64,000 nt of DNA from assembly GCA_965220745.1 (NCBI GenBank), contig CBDCQT010000006.1, positions 79,730-143,729 on the forward strand, written 5' to 3'. Under the pieces are notes generated by a model. The model did no database searches. It worked only from the letters and a program-made list of their open reading frames with translations, and was not told the origin of the DNA. Numbering within the stretch: the first letter of the stretch is position 1; every line of letters begins with the position of its first letter. Shown in pieces: positions 28,244-38,544 of this stretch. The position numbers were made by a program, and so were the translations under genes. This DNA comes from Alphaproteobacteria bacterium. Its GTDB lineage: Bacteria > Pseudomonadota > Alphaproteobacteria > UBA828.

Positions 28244-29986
28244 ATGACGAAAATGACTGATCTGGCCGACCGCTTCCTCCAGCCCGCCTCCCCCCGCCAA
28301 CGCCGCTACGAGGCCCTCCGCGCCCGCTTCGTCGACGGCTGCTCCACGGCCGAGGCCGCCGAACTCTTTGGCTACGCGCCCGGCAGCTTCCGCAATCTCT
28401 GCTCCCAGTTCCTGCACAGCGAGGATCCGGATTTCCTGTTCCCTGCCGAGCGGCCCGCTGCCGCTGCCGCCAGCCCCGCCTCCGACGACGCCCCCGCCAG
28501 AGCCCGCCTGCGGATCCTGGCACTGCGCCAAGAGCAGCTCTCTGTCCACGACATCGCGGCCCGCCTGCTGCAAGAAGGCCTGCCCCACAGTGTCGGCTTT
28601 GTCCACAAGGTCCTCAGCGCACAGGGCCTGCCCAAGCTCGCCCGCCGCGCCCGCGAGCAGCAGCCCGCCGTGCTCAACGCCCCGCTGGCCGACTGCCGCT
28701 CCCTCGATCTGGCCCCGCGCCGCTTGCGCACCGACTTCGGCGGCCTGTTCCTGTTCGCCCCGGACCTAGCCCGGCTCGGCCTGGGCCGCCTCGCAGACGG
28801 CCTGCCCGGCTCGCAAATGATCCCGGCCGAGAACGCCCTGCTGGCCCTGCTGGCCCTCAAGCTGTGGGGCATCGGCCGGCCCGCCCGCATCATGCCCTCC
28901 GTGCTCGACGACGGCATCGCGCTGTTCGCCGGCCTCAACGCCATCCCCAAGCGCTCCACCCTCACCGAGTACTCCTGCCGCTTCGACCCACGCCTGCTCG
29001 AGCCCTTCACTCAGCGCTGGCACCACGCCCTGCAGCAGTTCGACGAGGGCCTCGGCGCGGGCCGCTCTTTCGACCTCGACTTCCATGCCATCCCCTACCA
29101 CGGCGACGACGCGCTGGTGGAGAAAAACTACGTCTCAAAGCGCTCCCGCAGCCAGCAGGCGATCCTCTGCTTCCTGGCCCGCGACGCCGACCAGCGCACC
29201 TTCGCCTGGGCCAGCGCCCGCCCCAGCAAGGCCACCCAGAATGACCAGGTGCTGCGCTTCGTCGAGGTCTGGCAGCAGCGCACCGGCAGCCAGCCCGCCG
29301 AACTCGTCTTCGACTCCCGCCTGACCACTTACGCCAACCTAGCCGAGCTCGAGCACCGCGGCATCGCCTTCCTGACGCTGCGCCGCCGCAGCGCCAAGCT
29401 GGTCGAGCAATTGCTCGCTCTGCCGCGCCAGCGCTGGCGCACCATCCGGCTCAGCAATGTCGGCCGCCGCTACCGCAACCCGCGCATCGTCGACCAGACC
29501 GTGCGCCTGCGGCACTACCCCCAGCAGATTCGCCAGATCGCGATCCGCGACCTGGGCCACGACCAGCCCACCCTGCTGCTGACCAACCAACTCAAAGCCC
29601 CCGCGGCGGAGCTGATCGACCGCTATGCCCGCCGCATGCTGATCGAGAACACGATCGCCGATGCCGTCCAATTCTTCCACCTCGACGCGCTTTCAGCCGC
29701 CGTGCCGCTGCGCATCGATTTCGACGTGCAACTCACCCTGATGGCCTCCGCACTGTACCGCCTGCTGGCCAACGGGCTCGGCCAACGCTTCCGCAACTGC
29801 GAACCCGACAGCCTGTTCCACAAGTGCGTGCAGGCCAGCGCCACGATCGACATCCAGCCGCACCAGATTGAGGTCAAGTTCGGTCGGCGGGCCTACAACC
29901 CGCACCTGATCGAGGCCGGCTATGCCGACTCCACGACCGCCATCCCCTGGCTCCAAGATCGCGCCCTGAAAATCACCTTCGCCTGA
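28244..29986 (+). CDS. DDE transposase with N-terminal HTH (IS4/IS1380-like fold, family unassigned)
   Basis: HTH RRYEALRARF..AAELFGY; DLDFH, LVFDSRL, YARRMLIENTI; enclosed by TIRs; start 28244 or 28253. Confidence 0.85.
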   Translation: MTKMTDLADRFLQPASPRQRRYEALRARFVDGCSTAEAAELFGYAPGSFRNLCSQFLHSEDPDFLFPAERPAAAAASPASDDAPARARLRILALRQEQLSVHDIAARLLQEGLPHSVGFVHKVLSAQGLPKLARRAREQQPAVLNAPLADCRSLDLAPRRLRTDFGGLFLFAPDLARLGLGRLADGLPGSQMIPAENALLALLALKLWGIGRPARIMPSVLDDGIALFAGLNAIPKRSTLTEYSCRFDPRLLEPFTQRWHHALQQFDEGLGAGRSFDLDFHAIPYHGDDALVEKNYVSKRSRSQQAILCFLARDADQRTFAWASARPSKATQNDQVLRFVEVWQQRTGSQPAELVFDSRLTTYANLAELEHRGIAFLTLRRRSAKLVEQLLALPRQRWRTIRLSNVGRRYRNPRIVDQTVRLRHYPQQIRQIAIRDLGHDQPTLLLTNQLKAPAAELIDRYARRMLIENTIADAVQFFHLDALSAAVPLRIDFDVQLTLMASALYRLLANGLGQRFRNCEPDSLFHKCVQASATIDIQPHQIEVKFGRRAYNPHLIEAGYADSTTAIPWLQDRALKITFA

Positions 29987-30504
29987 CCTCCAAATGTCAC
30001 ATGCTCCTGCTCTGTTGGGAATTCAGGCTAGGCTCGGGCGTTCCGTGTGGCACCCGGGGCAGCCTTCCATAAGCGCTAGCTTCTGAATCCCCGCTTAAGC
30101 TGCGGATCGGCAAAGGCAGGCTGATTTCGGGGCCGAATGCGAGCGGACGATGAACTTTCGGCAGTTGAAGGGCCAACTTTCCATGGCGGGCCGCGGCTGT
30201 AGCCTGCCGCTAGATGGTGCCGGAAGCGGGAATGGGATTCCGCGGCGCACGATTCGCACTCAGGAGCTGCTAGCGGGCCAGAGTCAGAGTGATACGCTGC
30301 GCCGCCAATTTGGGGTACGCCGGTAAACTCCTGATGCCGCCGATAGCGCGTGTACGAAGCACAGGCACCACGGACGAAACTCAGTGCCTATGAATAGCCG
30401 CGGTCGATGCCGCGATCCTGCCGCCATAGGACAGGAAGCAATCATTGCGAAGATCGAAAGCAGCTATCGGATGCCAATTCTGCTTCGTCGGTTCACTGTC
30501 GCCG

Positions 30505-30720
30505 TCAGTCTCCGGAAGCGGTCGCGTCCGCCGGGCGGAACAGGCCCGAGCCCTCGATCAGGCCCTCCAGCCGCGCCACCCGCTCCCCGAGTCGCCGCAA
30601 CTCGGCTTCGAGCAAGTCGAGCCGCTTGTCAGTCCGGGCTTGCAAGACAAGCACTAAGCTGCCTAGGCCAACCAGCAGCGTCGCGCCCACAGCCAAGATG
30701 CCGATCAGTTCTGCGCTCAT
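30505..30720 (-). CDS. Small membrane-anchored coiled-coil protein (71 aa), paralog 3
   Basis: N-terminal TM then LRRLGERVARLEGLIEG. Confidence 0.65.
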   Translation of the reverse strand: MSAELIGILAVGATLLVGLGSLVLVLQARTDKRLDLLEAELRRLGERVARLEGLIEGSGLFRPADATASGD

Positions 30721-31033
30721 GGTCGCAGTCGCAGTATAGCACCGAGATAGTAAGTAGCATGGCAGACTCTGGCAGCGCTTATGGGCGGAATGCCCTCAGT
30801 GTGGCCGCCGGGTCTTGCTCCCAGTTCGGCGAGAAATTCCGCGAAGCTTCCGAACGTCTGCTCCGAGATCGTCCAGGCGGAGCGCTCGCTGAAGTGCGCC
30901 CGGCCGCTGATCGTGGTCGGTGGCGAAGACTGGACCGCAAGCGCCCCGCCTCGACCGGCGAGGCTGCATCCGCCGCCGGATGTCTGCACCAGCCATTCAC
31001 AGCTCGCAGACAGACTCGTGCCGACTGGCCCCT

Positions 31034-34000
31034 CTAGTCGCCCGTCGCAACACTGGCGGGGGCCGTCGGGTAGCTCTCCCGTCGCAAGAGCCAGCGGACG
31101 CCGTGCCGAAGATCCTCCACGATCATGTACAGCGACGGCATCAGCACCAGCGTCACGCCTGTTGCGAAGAGCACGCCGGCGGCCAGCGCCACTGCCATGG
31201 GAATCAGGAACTGCGCCTGCAGGCTCGATTCGAGCATGAGCGGCGTCACCCCGGCCGCGGTGGTCAGCGAAGTCAGGATAATCGGGCGGAAGCGAGCCTC
31301 ACCCGCCAGTTGCACAGCCTGGGAGAGGCTTCCTGTCTTGCGGCCGTACGAGCTGATGAATGACGCCAGCACCAGCCCGTCGTTGACCACGACCCCCGCC
31401 AGCGCGACCATCCCGCACATGGACAGGAAGCTGACTGGAAGCCCCAACAGCCAGTGGCCCCAGATCGCGCCCACCATGCCGAAGGGCACGGAACTGAGGA
31501 TGATGAACGGACGCACGTAGCTCTTGAGCGGAATCGCCAGCATCGCGTACATGACGAACAGCGCCGCTCCAAAGCCTTGGAACAGGCCGTCCATGGATTC
31601 CGCGAACTGGACCTCTTCGCCTTCGAACGAGTACGTGAGACCGGGATAGCGCTCGACGAGCGCGGGCAAAAAGTCGGCCTCCAGTGCATCGACCAGAGTC
31701 TCGCTGGTGGTGACGCTCTCGTCGATGTCGGCTTGGACATTGATCGCACGCCGGCGGTCGACCCGCCTGATCGCGGCCGCGCCGCGGCCCATGGTGGCAA
31801 CCGCAACCGTCGAGAAGGGAACTTCGTCCCCGGCCGGAGTGCGCACGCGCATTTGCTCGAGGCTTGCGAGAGAGCGGCGATCCTGTGACGGGTAGCGCAC
31901 CATCACGCGGACGTCGTCCCGGCCTCGCTGGATCCGCTGCGATTCCTCGCCGAAGAAGGCTTGGCGCACCTGTCTGCCCAGGTCTTGCAGGGTAAAGCCC
32001 AGATTGGCCCCCTCCTCGGTCAGGGCGAGCTGGATCTCGGGCTTGCCGCCGCGATGGGTGTCGGTGACGCCAACCACTCCCGGGTAGCCCGCCAGCTGGG
32101 CGCTCGTCAGTTCGACGATCTCCACCAGCGTGTCCGTGTCGGGATAGCTGTACTGCAGGTCGATCGCCTTGCCGCCGCCGAGCAGGTCGTGGGTGATCGT
32201 CACTTCCACCGCGCCCGGGATCTGGCCGATCTCTTCCCGCCAGCGGTTCGCCACTTCCGCGGCGGAGATCAGCCGATTCTCCGACTTCACCAGTTCCAGG
32301 TTGATCTCGCCTAGGTGTTCGTCTCGAGCGTTCTGAACATCAGCCATCGGGCCCGATTGCATCCTCCGGAAGGGCTGCTCTCCGATCGAGCTGACGATGT
32401 GTCTGATCTGATCTTGGCCCAGCTCGGCCGCTACCTCGCTCCGCACGGCCACTGCGCCCTCCAAGATGCGATCCAAGGCCCTGGCCGTGACCTCCGCCGG
32501 CGAATCTTGCGGCATTGTCAGATAGGCCACCACGTTGTCCGCGTCAACATCGGGAAAGAGGACCATGCGGATCTTTCCCGCGCCGGCCATGCCCGCGGTC
32601 AGCAGCACCGCGAACAGCCCGATCGACGCGGTTGCGTAGCGCCATTGCACGGCCCTGCGGATCACGGGCCGGTAGATCGCCCGGATGAACCACTCCATCG
32701 ATCCGGAGAAGGCCCCGAAGAAGGCATCGACGGAGCGTTGGAAGGCATTCTTGGCTGCTCGCGGCGGCGCGGGCTTGGAGTGCGAAAGATGTCGCGGCAG
32801 GATAAGATTGGACTCCACGAGCGAGAAGAACAGGGTCGGCAGGATGATCATCGGGAAACCGACCGTAATCTTGCCCATGACGCCGGGCACGAACAGCATC
32901 GGCGCGAACGCAGCCATGGTCGTCAACACGCCGAACGTGACCGGCACCAGCACTTGAAGCGTTCCGCGCACGGCGGCGCTGGTCCGCTTGCCCGTGCGCA
33001 CCTGCGTGGTGTGGATGTTCTCGCCCACCACGATGGCGTCATCCACCACGATGCCGAGCACCAAGATGAATGAAAACAGCGAGATCATGTTGATCGACTG
33101 GTCGAACAGCCCCATGCAGGCGATCGCGCCCAGGAACGAGACCGGAATGCCGAGCGTGACCCAGAACGCCAGGCGCAGGCGCAGAAACAGGGCCAGCACG
33201 ACGAAGACCAGCACCAGCCCGGAAAAACCGTTCTTGACCAGCAGGTTGATGCGGCTCTCAAGCAGCGCCGCGCTGTCCTGCCAAGTGTCCATCGTGATGC
33301 CGTCGGGCATCGTCTGCGCCGCTCGCGCCACGTAGTCCTGGACCGCTTTCGAAACGGAGATCGCGCTTTGGTCGCCGATGCGATAGACCTGCACCTCGAC
33401 CTTGGGCAGGCCGTCGAGCTTGCCCGCGACGGTCACGTCTTCAAACCCATCTACGACCGTTGCCACGTCGCTCAGCAGGATGCTGGTACCGTCGGGGCGC
33501 GTCAGCAGGGGCAGCCGCGCGTACTCGTCGCCGGAGTAGGCTTGCCCCTCGGTGCGCAGCAGCACCTCGCCAATCTCGGTCTTGACAGATCCGCCGGGAA
33601 GGTCGACCGAGTACCGGCGCACCGCGTTGGCGATGTCGTCGAAAGTCAGGCCCCAGCGTCGCAATGCCTCTTCGGACACCTCGATCGAGATCTCGTACGG
33701 CGGCGCGTTGAACAGCTCGGCCTGCGAGATCTCAGGCAGCGCGATGAGTTCGTCTCTGACCCTCTCGCCGAGCCTCTTCAGCATGGCGAGCTCCGCGTTG
33801 CCCGCTATGGCCACGTTGATGACTTGGAAGCGTGACGTGAGTTCACTGATGACCGGCTTCTCGACATCCTCTGGAAACGTGTCTATCGCGTCGACCTTGG
33901 TCTTCACATCCGTGAGGACTTCGCGCACGTCGTAGCCGGCGTGGACTTCGATCGTGACGGACCCGCGGCCTTCCATGGCCCGGGAACTGATCTCCTTGAT

Positions 34001-34231
34001 GCCTTCGAGGTCTTGGACTGCCTCTTCCACCCGGACGCAGATCGCCTCTTCCACTTCCTGGGGCGCTGCACCGCGATAGTCGGCGGTCACCGAGACGATG
34101 TCGAGCGAGAATTCAGGAAAGACCTCTTGCTTGAGATTTCCCACCGTGAGCAGGCCGGCCGCCGCGATGACGACCAGCAGCAGGTTCGCGACAACGCCGT
34201 TGCGGGCGAACCAATATATGATGCCCCTCAT
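31034..34231 (-). CDS. RND efflux transporter permease (AcrB/AcrD/AcrF family)
   Basis: GIVVDDAIVVGENI, GVVVND, RFRPIILTSLTT; two large periplasmic loops. Confidence 0.93.
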   Translation of the reverse strand: MRGIIYWFARNGVVANLLLVVIAAAGLLTVGNLKQEVFPEFSLDIVSVTADYRGAAPQEVEEAICVRVEEAVQDLEGIKEISSRAMEGRGSVTIEVHAGYDVREVLTDVKTKVDAIDTFPEDVEKPVISELTSRFQVINVAIAGNAELAMLKRLGERVRDELIALPEISQAELFNAPPYEISIEVSEEALRRWGLTFDDIANAVRRYSVDLPGGSVKTEIGEVLLRTEGQAYSGDEYARLPLLTRPDGTSILLSDVATVVDGFEDVTVAGKLDGLPKVEVQVYRIGDQSAISVSKAVQDYVARAAQTMPDGITMDTWQDSAALLESRINLLVKNGFSGLVLVFVVLALFLRLRLAFWVTLGIPVSFLGAIACMGLFDQSINMISLFSFILVLGIVVDDAIVVGENIHTTQVRTGKRTSAAVRGTLQVLVPVTFGVLTTMAAFAPMLFVPGVMGKITVGFPMIILPTLFFSLVESNLILPRHLSHSKPAPPRAAKNAFQRSVDAFFGAFSGSMEWFIRAIYRPVIRRAVQWRYATASIGLFAVLLTAGMAGAGKIRMVLFPDVDADNVVAYLTMPQDSPAEVTARALDRILEGAVAVRSEVAAELGQDQIRHIVSSIGEQPFRRMQSGPMADVQNARDEHLGEINLELVKSENRLISAAEVANRWREEIGQIPGAVEVTITHDLLGGGKAIDLQYSYPDTDTLVEIVELTSAQLAGYPGVVGVTDTHRGGKPEIQLALTEEGANLGFTLQDLGRQVRQAFFGEESQRIQRGRDDVRVMVRYPSQDRRSLASLEQMRVRTPAGDEVPFSTVAVATMGRGAAAIRRVDRRRAINVQADIDESVTTSETLVDALEADFLPALVERYPGLTYSFEGEEVQFAESMDGLFQGFGAALFVMYAMLAIPLKSYVRPFIILSSVPFGMVGAIWGHWLLGLPVSFLSMCGMVALAGVVVNDGLVLASFISSYGRKTGSLSQAVQLAGEARFRPIILTSLTTAAGVTPLMLESSLQAQFLIPMAVALAAGVLFATGVTLVLMPSLYMIVEDLRHGVRWLLRRESYPTAPASVATGD

Positions 34232-35418
34232 GCGCCGCCCGTCAGGCTCTCGTCCATGATGCGGACTCTCATGCCGTCCACCGCGGCTTCTAGCGGGGAA
34301 GTGCAGACCCGCTCGCCGGACTCAAGCCCGTCGCGGATCAATACGGTCTCGCGCTCGCTCCGGAACACGTCGATCGTCCGGAAGCGCAGCGTGCCGTCGC
34401 CTTCAACGACGTACACGGTGTCCTCGCCGCGCAGCACGGAGCGCGGCAGGCGCACCATGTCGCGCACGCGCTTGCCTTGGATCTCTGCGCGGACGAACAT
34501 GCCCACCGCCAGCGGCGGCTGCGCGGAACCCCGCTCCCGCCCGTACGGATCCTTCACCTGCGCGATGGCATTGATCATGCGGGTGCGTGCGTCGATCTCG
34601 CCTTCGGTCCGCACGATGCGTCCGTCCCACGCGTAGTCTGCGCCCCCGAAACGCGCCGTGAGGCGCACTCGCGGCCCGGACGGGGCGGAGTCCGCGTCCC
34701 GGAATCCCAGGGGCAGGTTGCAATACTGCAGCTCCGCGTTCGGGATCGGCAGCCGCACTTCGGCCACGTCCACCGGGTAGACCTGCCCCAGGTTCATGCC
34801 GCGCTGCACGAACTGGCCGAGATCGACCTGCTTGGACCTCACGCGGCCTGCGAACGGCGCCCGCAGGGCCGTGCGTTCCAAGTTGTCCCGTGCCTGCTCG
34901 AGCACCGCTTCGGCCGCGACGAGACTGGCCTTCGCTTCGGCGATCTGCGGCTCGCGAAAAAGTAGCGGGGACGGCTCTCCCTCGCCAGCCTCTTCCCACT
35001 CGCTCTTGGCGACTTCAGCTTGCTGTTGCTCCAGTGCCACTCGCAGCTTGCCTTGCTCTACGGCGGCCAGGGCTTGCGTGATCGCCAGTTCATAGTCGCG
35101 AGGGTCTACCCGCAGCAGCACCTCGTCCTTGGAGAAGAATCCTCCTGGCACCAGCGCGGTCGATATCTCGACGACCTTGCCGGAGACTTCCGGGATCAGC
35201 TGTGCCTCGGAACGCGGCGCGACCGTGCCCTCGGTGGTCACGACCAGCGTCATGGACGCCGGCTCCGCCGGGATCACCCGCACGAGCGGCGGCTCGACAA
35301 CCAGCGGCTGGGGCGTCGGTTCCTCGTACGAATCGATCAGGGCCTTGGCAATCAGGCCCCCAAGCGCGAGGATGGCGACAGGCAGGATGCCCATCAGGGC
35401 TGTTCGTGGATTGATCAT
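34228..35418 (-). CDS. RND efflux periplasmic adaptor (membrane fusion protein)
   Basis: N-terminal TM, lipoyl halves PEVSGKV and LRAPFAGRV flanking a coiled coil. Confidence 0.92.
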   Translation of the reverse strand: MINPRTALMGILPVAILALGGLIAKALIDSYEEPTPQPLVVEPPLVRVIPAEPASMTLVVTTEGTVAPRSEAQLIPEVSGKVVEISTALVPGGFFSKDEVLLRVDPRDYELAITQALAAVEQGKLRVALEQQQAEVAKSEWEEAGEGEPSPLLFREPQIAEAKASLVAAEAVLEQARDNLERTALRAPFAGRVRSKQVDLGQFVQRGMNLGQVYPVDVAEVRLPIPNAELQYCNLPLGFRDADSAPSGPRVRLTARFGGADYAWDGRIVRTEGEIDARTRMINAIAQVKDPYGRERGSAQPPLAVGMFVRAEIQGKRVRDMVRLPRSVLRGEDTVYVVEGDGTLRFRTIDVFRSERETVLIRDGLESGERVCTSPLEAAVDGMRVRIMDESLTGGA

Positions 35419-35429
35419 CAGCTTGTCCG

Positions 35430-36875
35430 TCAGGGTGTTGGCTGCGCGTACGCCGGGCCGGCATTGGCGGGATCGCCGTCAAAGCCGCCCCCCAGCGCGA
35501 GGTGGAGGTCGACGCGGTTGTCGATCTGCGCGCGCTGCAGCCCGAGCATCACGCTCTCGTTTTCCAAGGTCGCCCGGCGCAGATTGAGCACCGAGAAGAC
35601 CTCTCCCAAGGCTGCTCGGTAGCGCCGTTCGGCGACCTTGACCGCCGTGCGCGTCTTGGCGTGGGACGCGCGCAGGGACATCTCTTGGTCGCGCAGCGCC
35701 GCTTCCGCGGCCAAGGCGGTCTCGATCTCCCTGTAGGCGGTCCAGACGCGCGCTTGGTAGAGCGCTTCCTGCTCGATCGCCCGCTCTTCGGTGATCCTTA
35801 CGTTGGCCTTGAGCCGGCCGCGGTTGAAGATCGGCTGGGCCAGGCCGAGGGCGTAGTTCCAGACTTGCAGGTTGGGATTGACCAGGTCGGCCAGGGTGTT
35901 GCTCGACGTGCCGAGGCCTGAAGTCAGCGCGAAGCTCGGGCGCAAGGTCGCCCGGGCCTGCACGATGCGGGCGTCAGCTGCCAGCAAGGCCTGTTCGGCG
36001 GCGATCAGATCCGGGCGGCGGTGGACGAGTTCGGACGGCAATCCGGCGGGCACCTGTTCCGGCAAGGCGGCCAGTTCGGCGGTCACCGAGAGTTCGCCGG
36101 CCGGATATTGGCAGGTCAGTGTCTCGGTCTGGCGCACGAAGGCGTCGCGCGCCTGCCGGCGCTGCCGCAGCGCCGAGCTGGCCCGGGCAACGTCAGCCTC
36201 GGCCAGCCGCACGTCCGTGAGCGAGCCGGTGCCGGCTTGGAAGCGGGCCTGCCGCCGCTCGGCGATAGTCTCGAGATTCGCGAGCACCTGCTCGGCGATG
36301 GCGATCTGGCGCTGGGCCTCGACCGCGGCGAACCAAGCCTTCGCCACCTGCGCGCTCAGGGACAGGCGCGCACCGAGCAGTTCCGCTTCGCGCATGCGGG
36401 CGTTGGCCTCGGCGGCGAGCTTGTCCGCCGCGATGCGGTTCCAAATGTCAGCCTCCCAAGCGACGTTGAACGACAGCCCGGCATTGCTGAACGTGTTGCT
36501 CAGCACGCGGTCCCTAAGGCCTGGAAATGGCAGGCCGACAAAATTCTGTCGCTGGCGGATGCGGTTGATCCCGAGGCTCAGTTCAGGCCTGTCAGCGGCG
36601 CCGGCGATGACTCGCTCCTGGGACGCCACCCGGATCCGCGCCGACGCTGCTCGCAGGTCCTCGCTGCACGCCAAGGCCCGCTCGATGGCTGCGTCCAGTC
36701 CCGGGTCGCCGAAGTATGCCCACCATTTCGCGGAGGCGGCCGGGGCGGTCGTCTCGGCCGCGTGCCAGTGGTCCGGCACCGGCACCCGCAGGTCGTGCAC
36801 GGGGATCGGCACCGGCTTGGAGCATGCGCCCAGCGCCAGCCCGACGGCCACGAATAGGTGCGGAGCGCGCGTCAT
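35430..36875 (-). CDS. Outer membrane efflux lipoprotein (TolC/NodT family)
   Basis: Lipobox LGAC, WWAYFGDP, GLPSELVHRRPDL, ALGGGF. Confidence 0.92.
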   Translation of the reverse strand: MTRAPHLFVAVGLALGACSKPVPIPVHDLRVPVPDHWHAAETTAPAASAKWWAYFGDPGLDAAIERALACSEDLRAASARIRVASQERVIAGAADRPELSLGINRIRQRQNFVGLPFPGLRDRVLSNTFSNAGLSFNVAWEADIWNRIAADKLAAEANARMREAELLGARLSLSAQVAKAWFAAVEAQRQIAIAEQVLANLETIAERRQARFQAGTGSLTDVRLAEADVARASSALRQRRQARDAFVRQTETLTCQYPAGELSVTAELAALPEQVPAGLPSELVHRRPDLIAAEQALLAADARIVQARATLRPSFALTSGLGTSSNTLADLVNPNLQVWNYALGLAQPIFNRGRLKANVRITEERAIEQEALYQARVWTAYREIETALAAEAALRDQEMSLRASHAKTRTAVKVAERRYRAALGEVFSVLNLRRATLENESVMLGLQRAQIDNRVDLHLALGGGFDGDPANAGPAYAQPTP

Positions 36876-37555
36876 TGGGCGACCTCCGCATGAGCGGAAA
36901 GTCCCGCGATCGCACCCGCGGGGAACTGCGCTGCGGGCGCGCTTCGCATTCCGGCTGCCACGAATCGCACCATGGCATCCAGCGTAGCCTTGTCGCTGTC
37001 GCTGGCCTCGGGACCAAGTCTGGGCAAGCAGGTTCTCGTCGGATTGAGCAAGGTATGCACCATCACGCCGATCGCGAAGTGCAGCCGCAGGCCCACCTCC
37101 TCCTCGCCGAGTTCGGGCAAGGCGCGCTGGAACGCCTCGTGGAAGCGGGACAGGACTTGCGAGAACTCCTCGCGGAATGTCGACTCCAGATATTCCGCCG
37201 GTTCGGAGTAGAACCGAGCGCAGAGGCGCATGAAATCATAGCCGCGCTGGGGCTCTCGCGCCAGCCGCAGGGCGGGCGCGAACAAGGCCGTGAGCAGCTC
37301 TTCCACGGATGGCTGCCCGCGTTCTTGGTACGTGTCCAGAAGCTGGATGCGTTCCCGGTTGACAGGCCGGATGCGCCGAGCGAAGACCGCCTTGGTGACC
37401 TCCTCCTTGGAGCCGAAATGGTAGTGTGCCGCGGCGATGTTCACGCCCGCCTCCGCCGTTAGCGAACGCAGGGACACGCCATCGACGCCCTTCTCGCTGA
37501 AGAGCCTCTCGGCAGTGTCAAGGATCAGTTCCTTGGTCTCCTTGGCGTTCGGCAT
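36872..37555 (-). CDS. TetR/AcrR family transcriptional regulator
   Basis: TKELILDTAERLFSEKG..SLRSLTAEAGVNIAAAHYHFGSKEE; ATG at 37555. Confidence 0.92.
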   Translation of the reverse strand: MPNAKETKELILDTAERLFSEKGVDGVSLRSLTAEAGVNIAAAHYHFGSKEEVTKAVFARRIRPVNRERIQLLDTYQERGQPSVEELLTALFAPALRLAREPQRGYDFMRLCARFYSEPAEYLESTFREEFSQVLSRFHEAFQRALPELGEEEVGLRLHFAIGVMVHTLLNPTRTCLPRLGPEASDSDKATLDAMVRFVAAGMRSAPAAQFPAGAIAGLSAHAEVAQ

Positions 37556-37563
37556 GGATTCAA

Positions 37564-37609
37564 TCAAACGTTTGAATTAATTCTACGCACAGAAGACAGC
37601 GACTGTCAA
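37564..37609 (-). promoter_or_regulatory. Promoter and probable TetR operator of the efflux operon
   Basis: TTGACA (37609-37604)-N18-TAGAAT (37585-37580); perfect palindrome TCAAACGTTTGA at 37564-37575. Confidence 0.65.
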
Positions 37610-37833
37610 GCGCTACCGCCTGAAGGGCGAAAGAATGATGCGTACGGCCCGCGTGGCGGGGATTGTTGTTGATGGATCTCGCCCGTCAACGCAGAGATGG
37701 TGTAGACGGATTCGGGGCGCTTGCTCGCCGCTTTAGGTGTGTGCGGATCTCAACGGATCGCCTACATTCGGTGGGGCCTCAGCGGGCATTCGAAGGACGC
37801 TTGAACGGCACCGATGACGAAATGGCCAGAACG

Positions 37834-38175
37834 CTAGCGCCGCAGGTATTCGGTGAGGATTGAGGGGGGCGGGGGTGGGGGGCCCGGCATCTCGACCGGG
37901 CCAATCGTCCTAATGGTCCTGACGGCCTCGTTCGCCCCATCGATCCAGAACCACGCAGTGATCCAGATTGCCGAAGCGGCCAACAAGATTGCGGCCCGGA
38001 GCCGGGTCGTCAGCCAAAGGAAGCGCATCGGGCGGAATAGCGCAACGATGCACGGAATCACCACGACAGCCAAGACCAACCCGTCCGATAGCTGCTTGGC
38101 GACCACGAGCAGGACAATGCTCTCGGGGGACAGGGAGATCACCCACTTCTCGAACGCAGTCAGGTTGTCGTACAT
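37834..38175 (-). CDS. Hypothetical small membrane protein
   Basis: Two to three hydrophobic helices and a poly-Pro tail; no recognised motif. Confidence 0.35.
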   Translation of the reverse strand: MYDNLTAFEKWVISLSPESIVLLVVAKQLSDGLVLAVVVIPCIVALFRPMRFLWLTTRLRAAILLAASAIWITAWFWIDGANEAVRTIRTIGPVEMPGPPPPPPSILTEYLRR

Positions 38176-38544
38176 CGGGCTAACAGCTTACACGCCAGAA
38201 TCACCCCCATATCCATCCGCAAAATTTCTGCATTGCTATACGCAGAAGTTCCGCAGCCTACAGTCAGCCTGCGCCGCAGAACGGTCATAGGGCGGAGGAG
38301 TGCTCGCATGTCAGCCATCCCGCGCTCTGTCAGCCAGTCGAGCCTAGATCTCGCGGGTGCGGGCGCCCAAAAAGCCCCCGCAGCTTCGTCCGAACGATCG
38401 TTGGGCGGATCTGAGGATGTCCCGGGACCTGCCTGTTTCCGGACGCGAGCGGGGAAGCGGCAAGTCTCGGCCTTGCCGGCTCGTTCGGGGAAAGGACCGC
38501 CAAGGGACTGACTGGAGGGATTGCCACTAGCGCAGCGGACCGTC

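Larger units (their letters stand above)
27882..30027 (+). mobile_element. Intact insertion sequence, 2146 bp, 18-bp perfect TIRs, 4-bp CTAG target duplication
   Basis: CCTGAATTCCCAACAGAG (27882-27899) / CTCTGTTGGGAATTCAGG (30010-30027); CTAG at 27878-27881 and 30028-30031. Confidence 0.92.
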
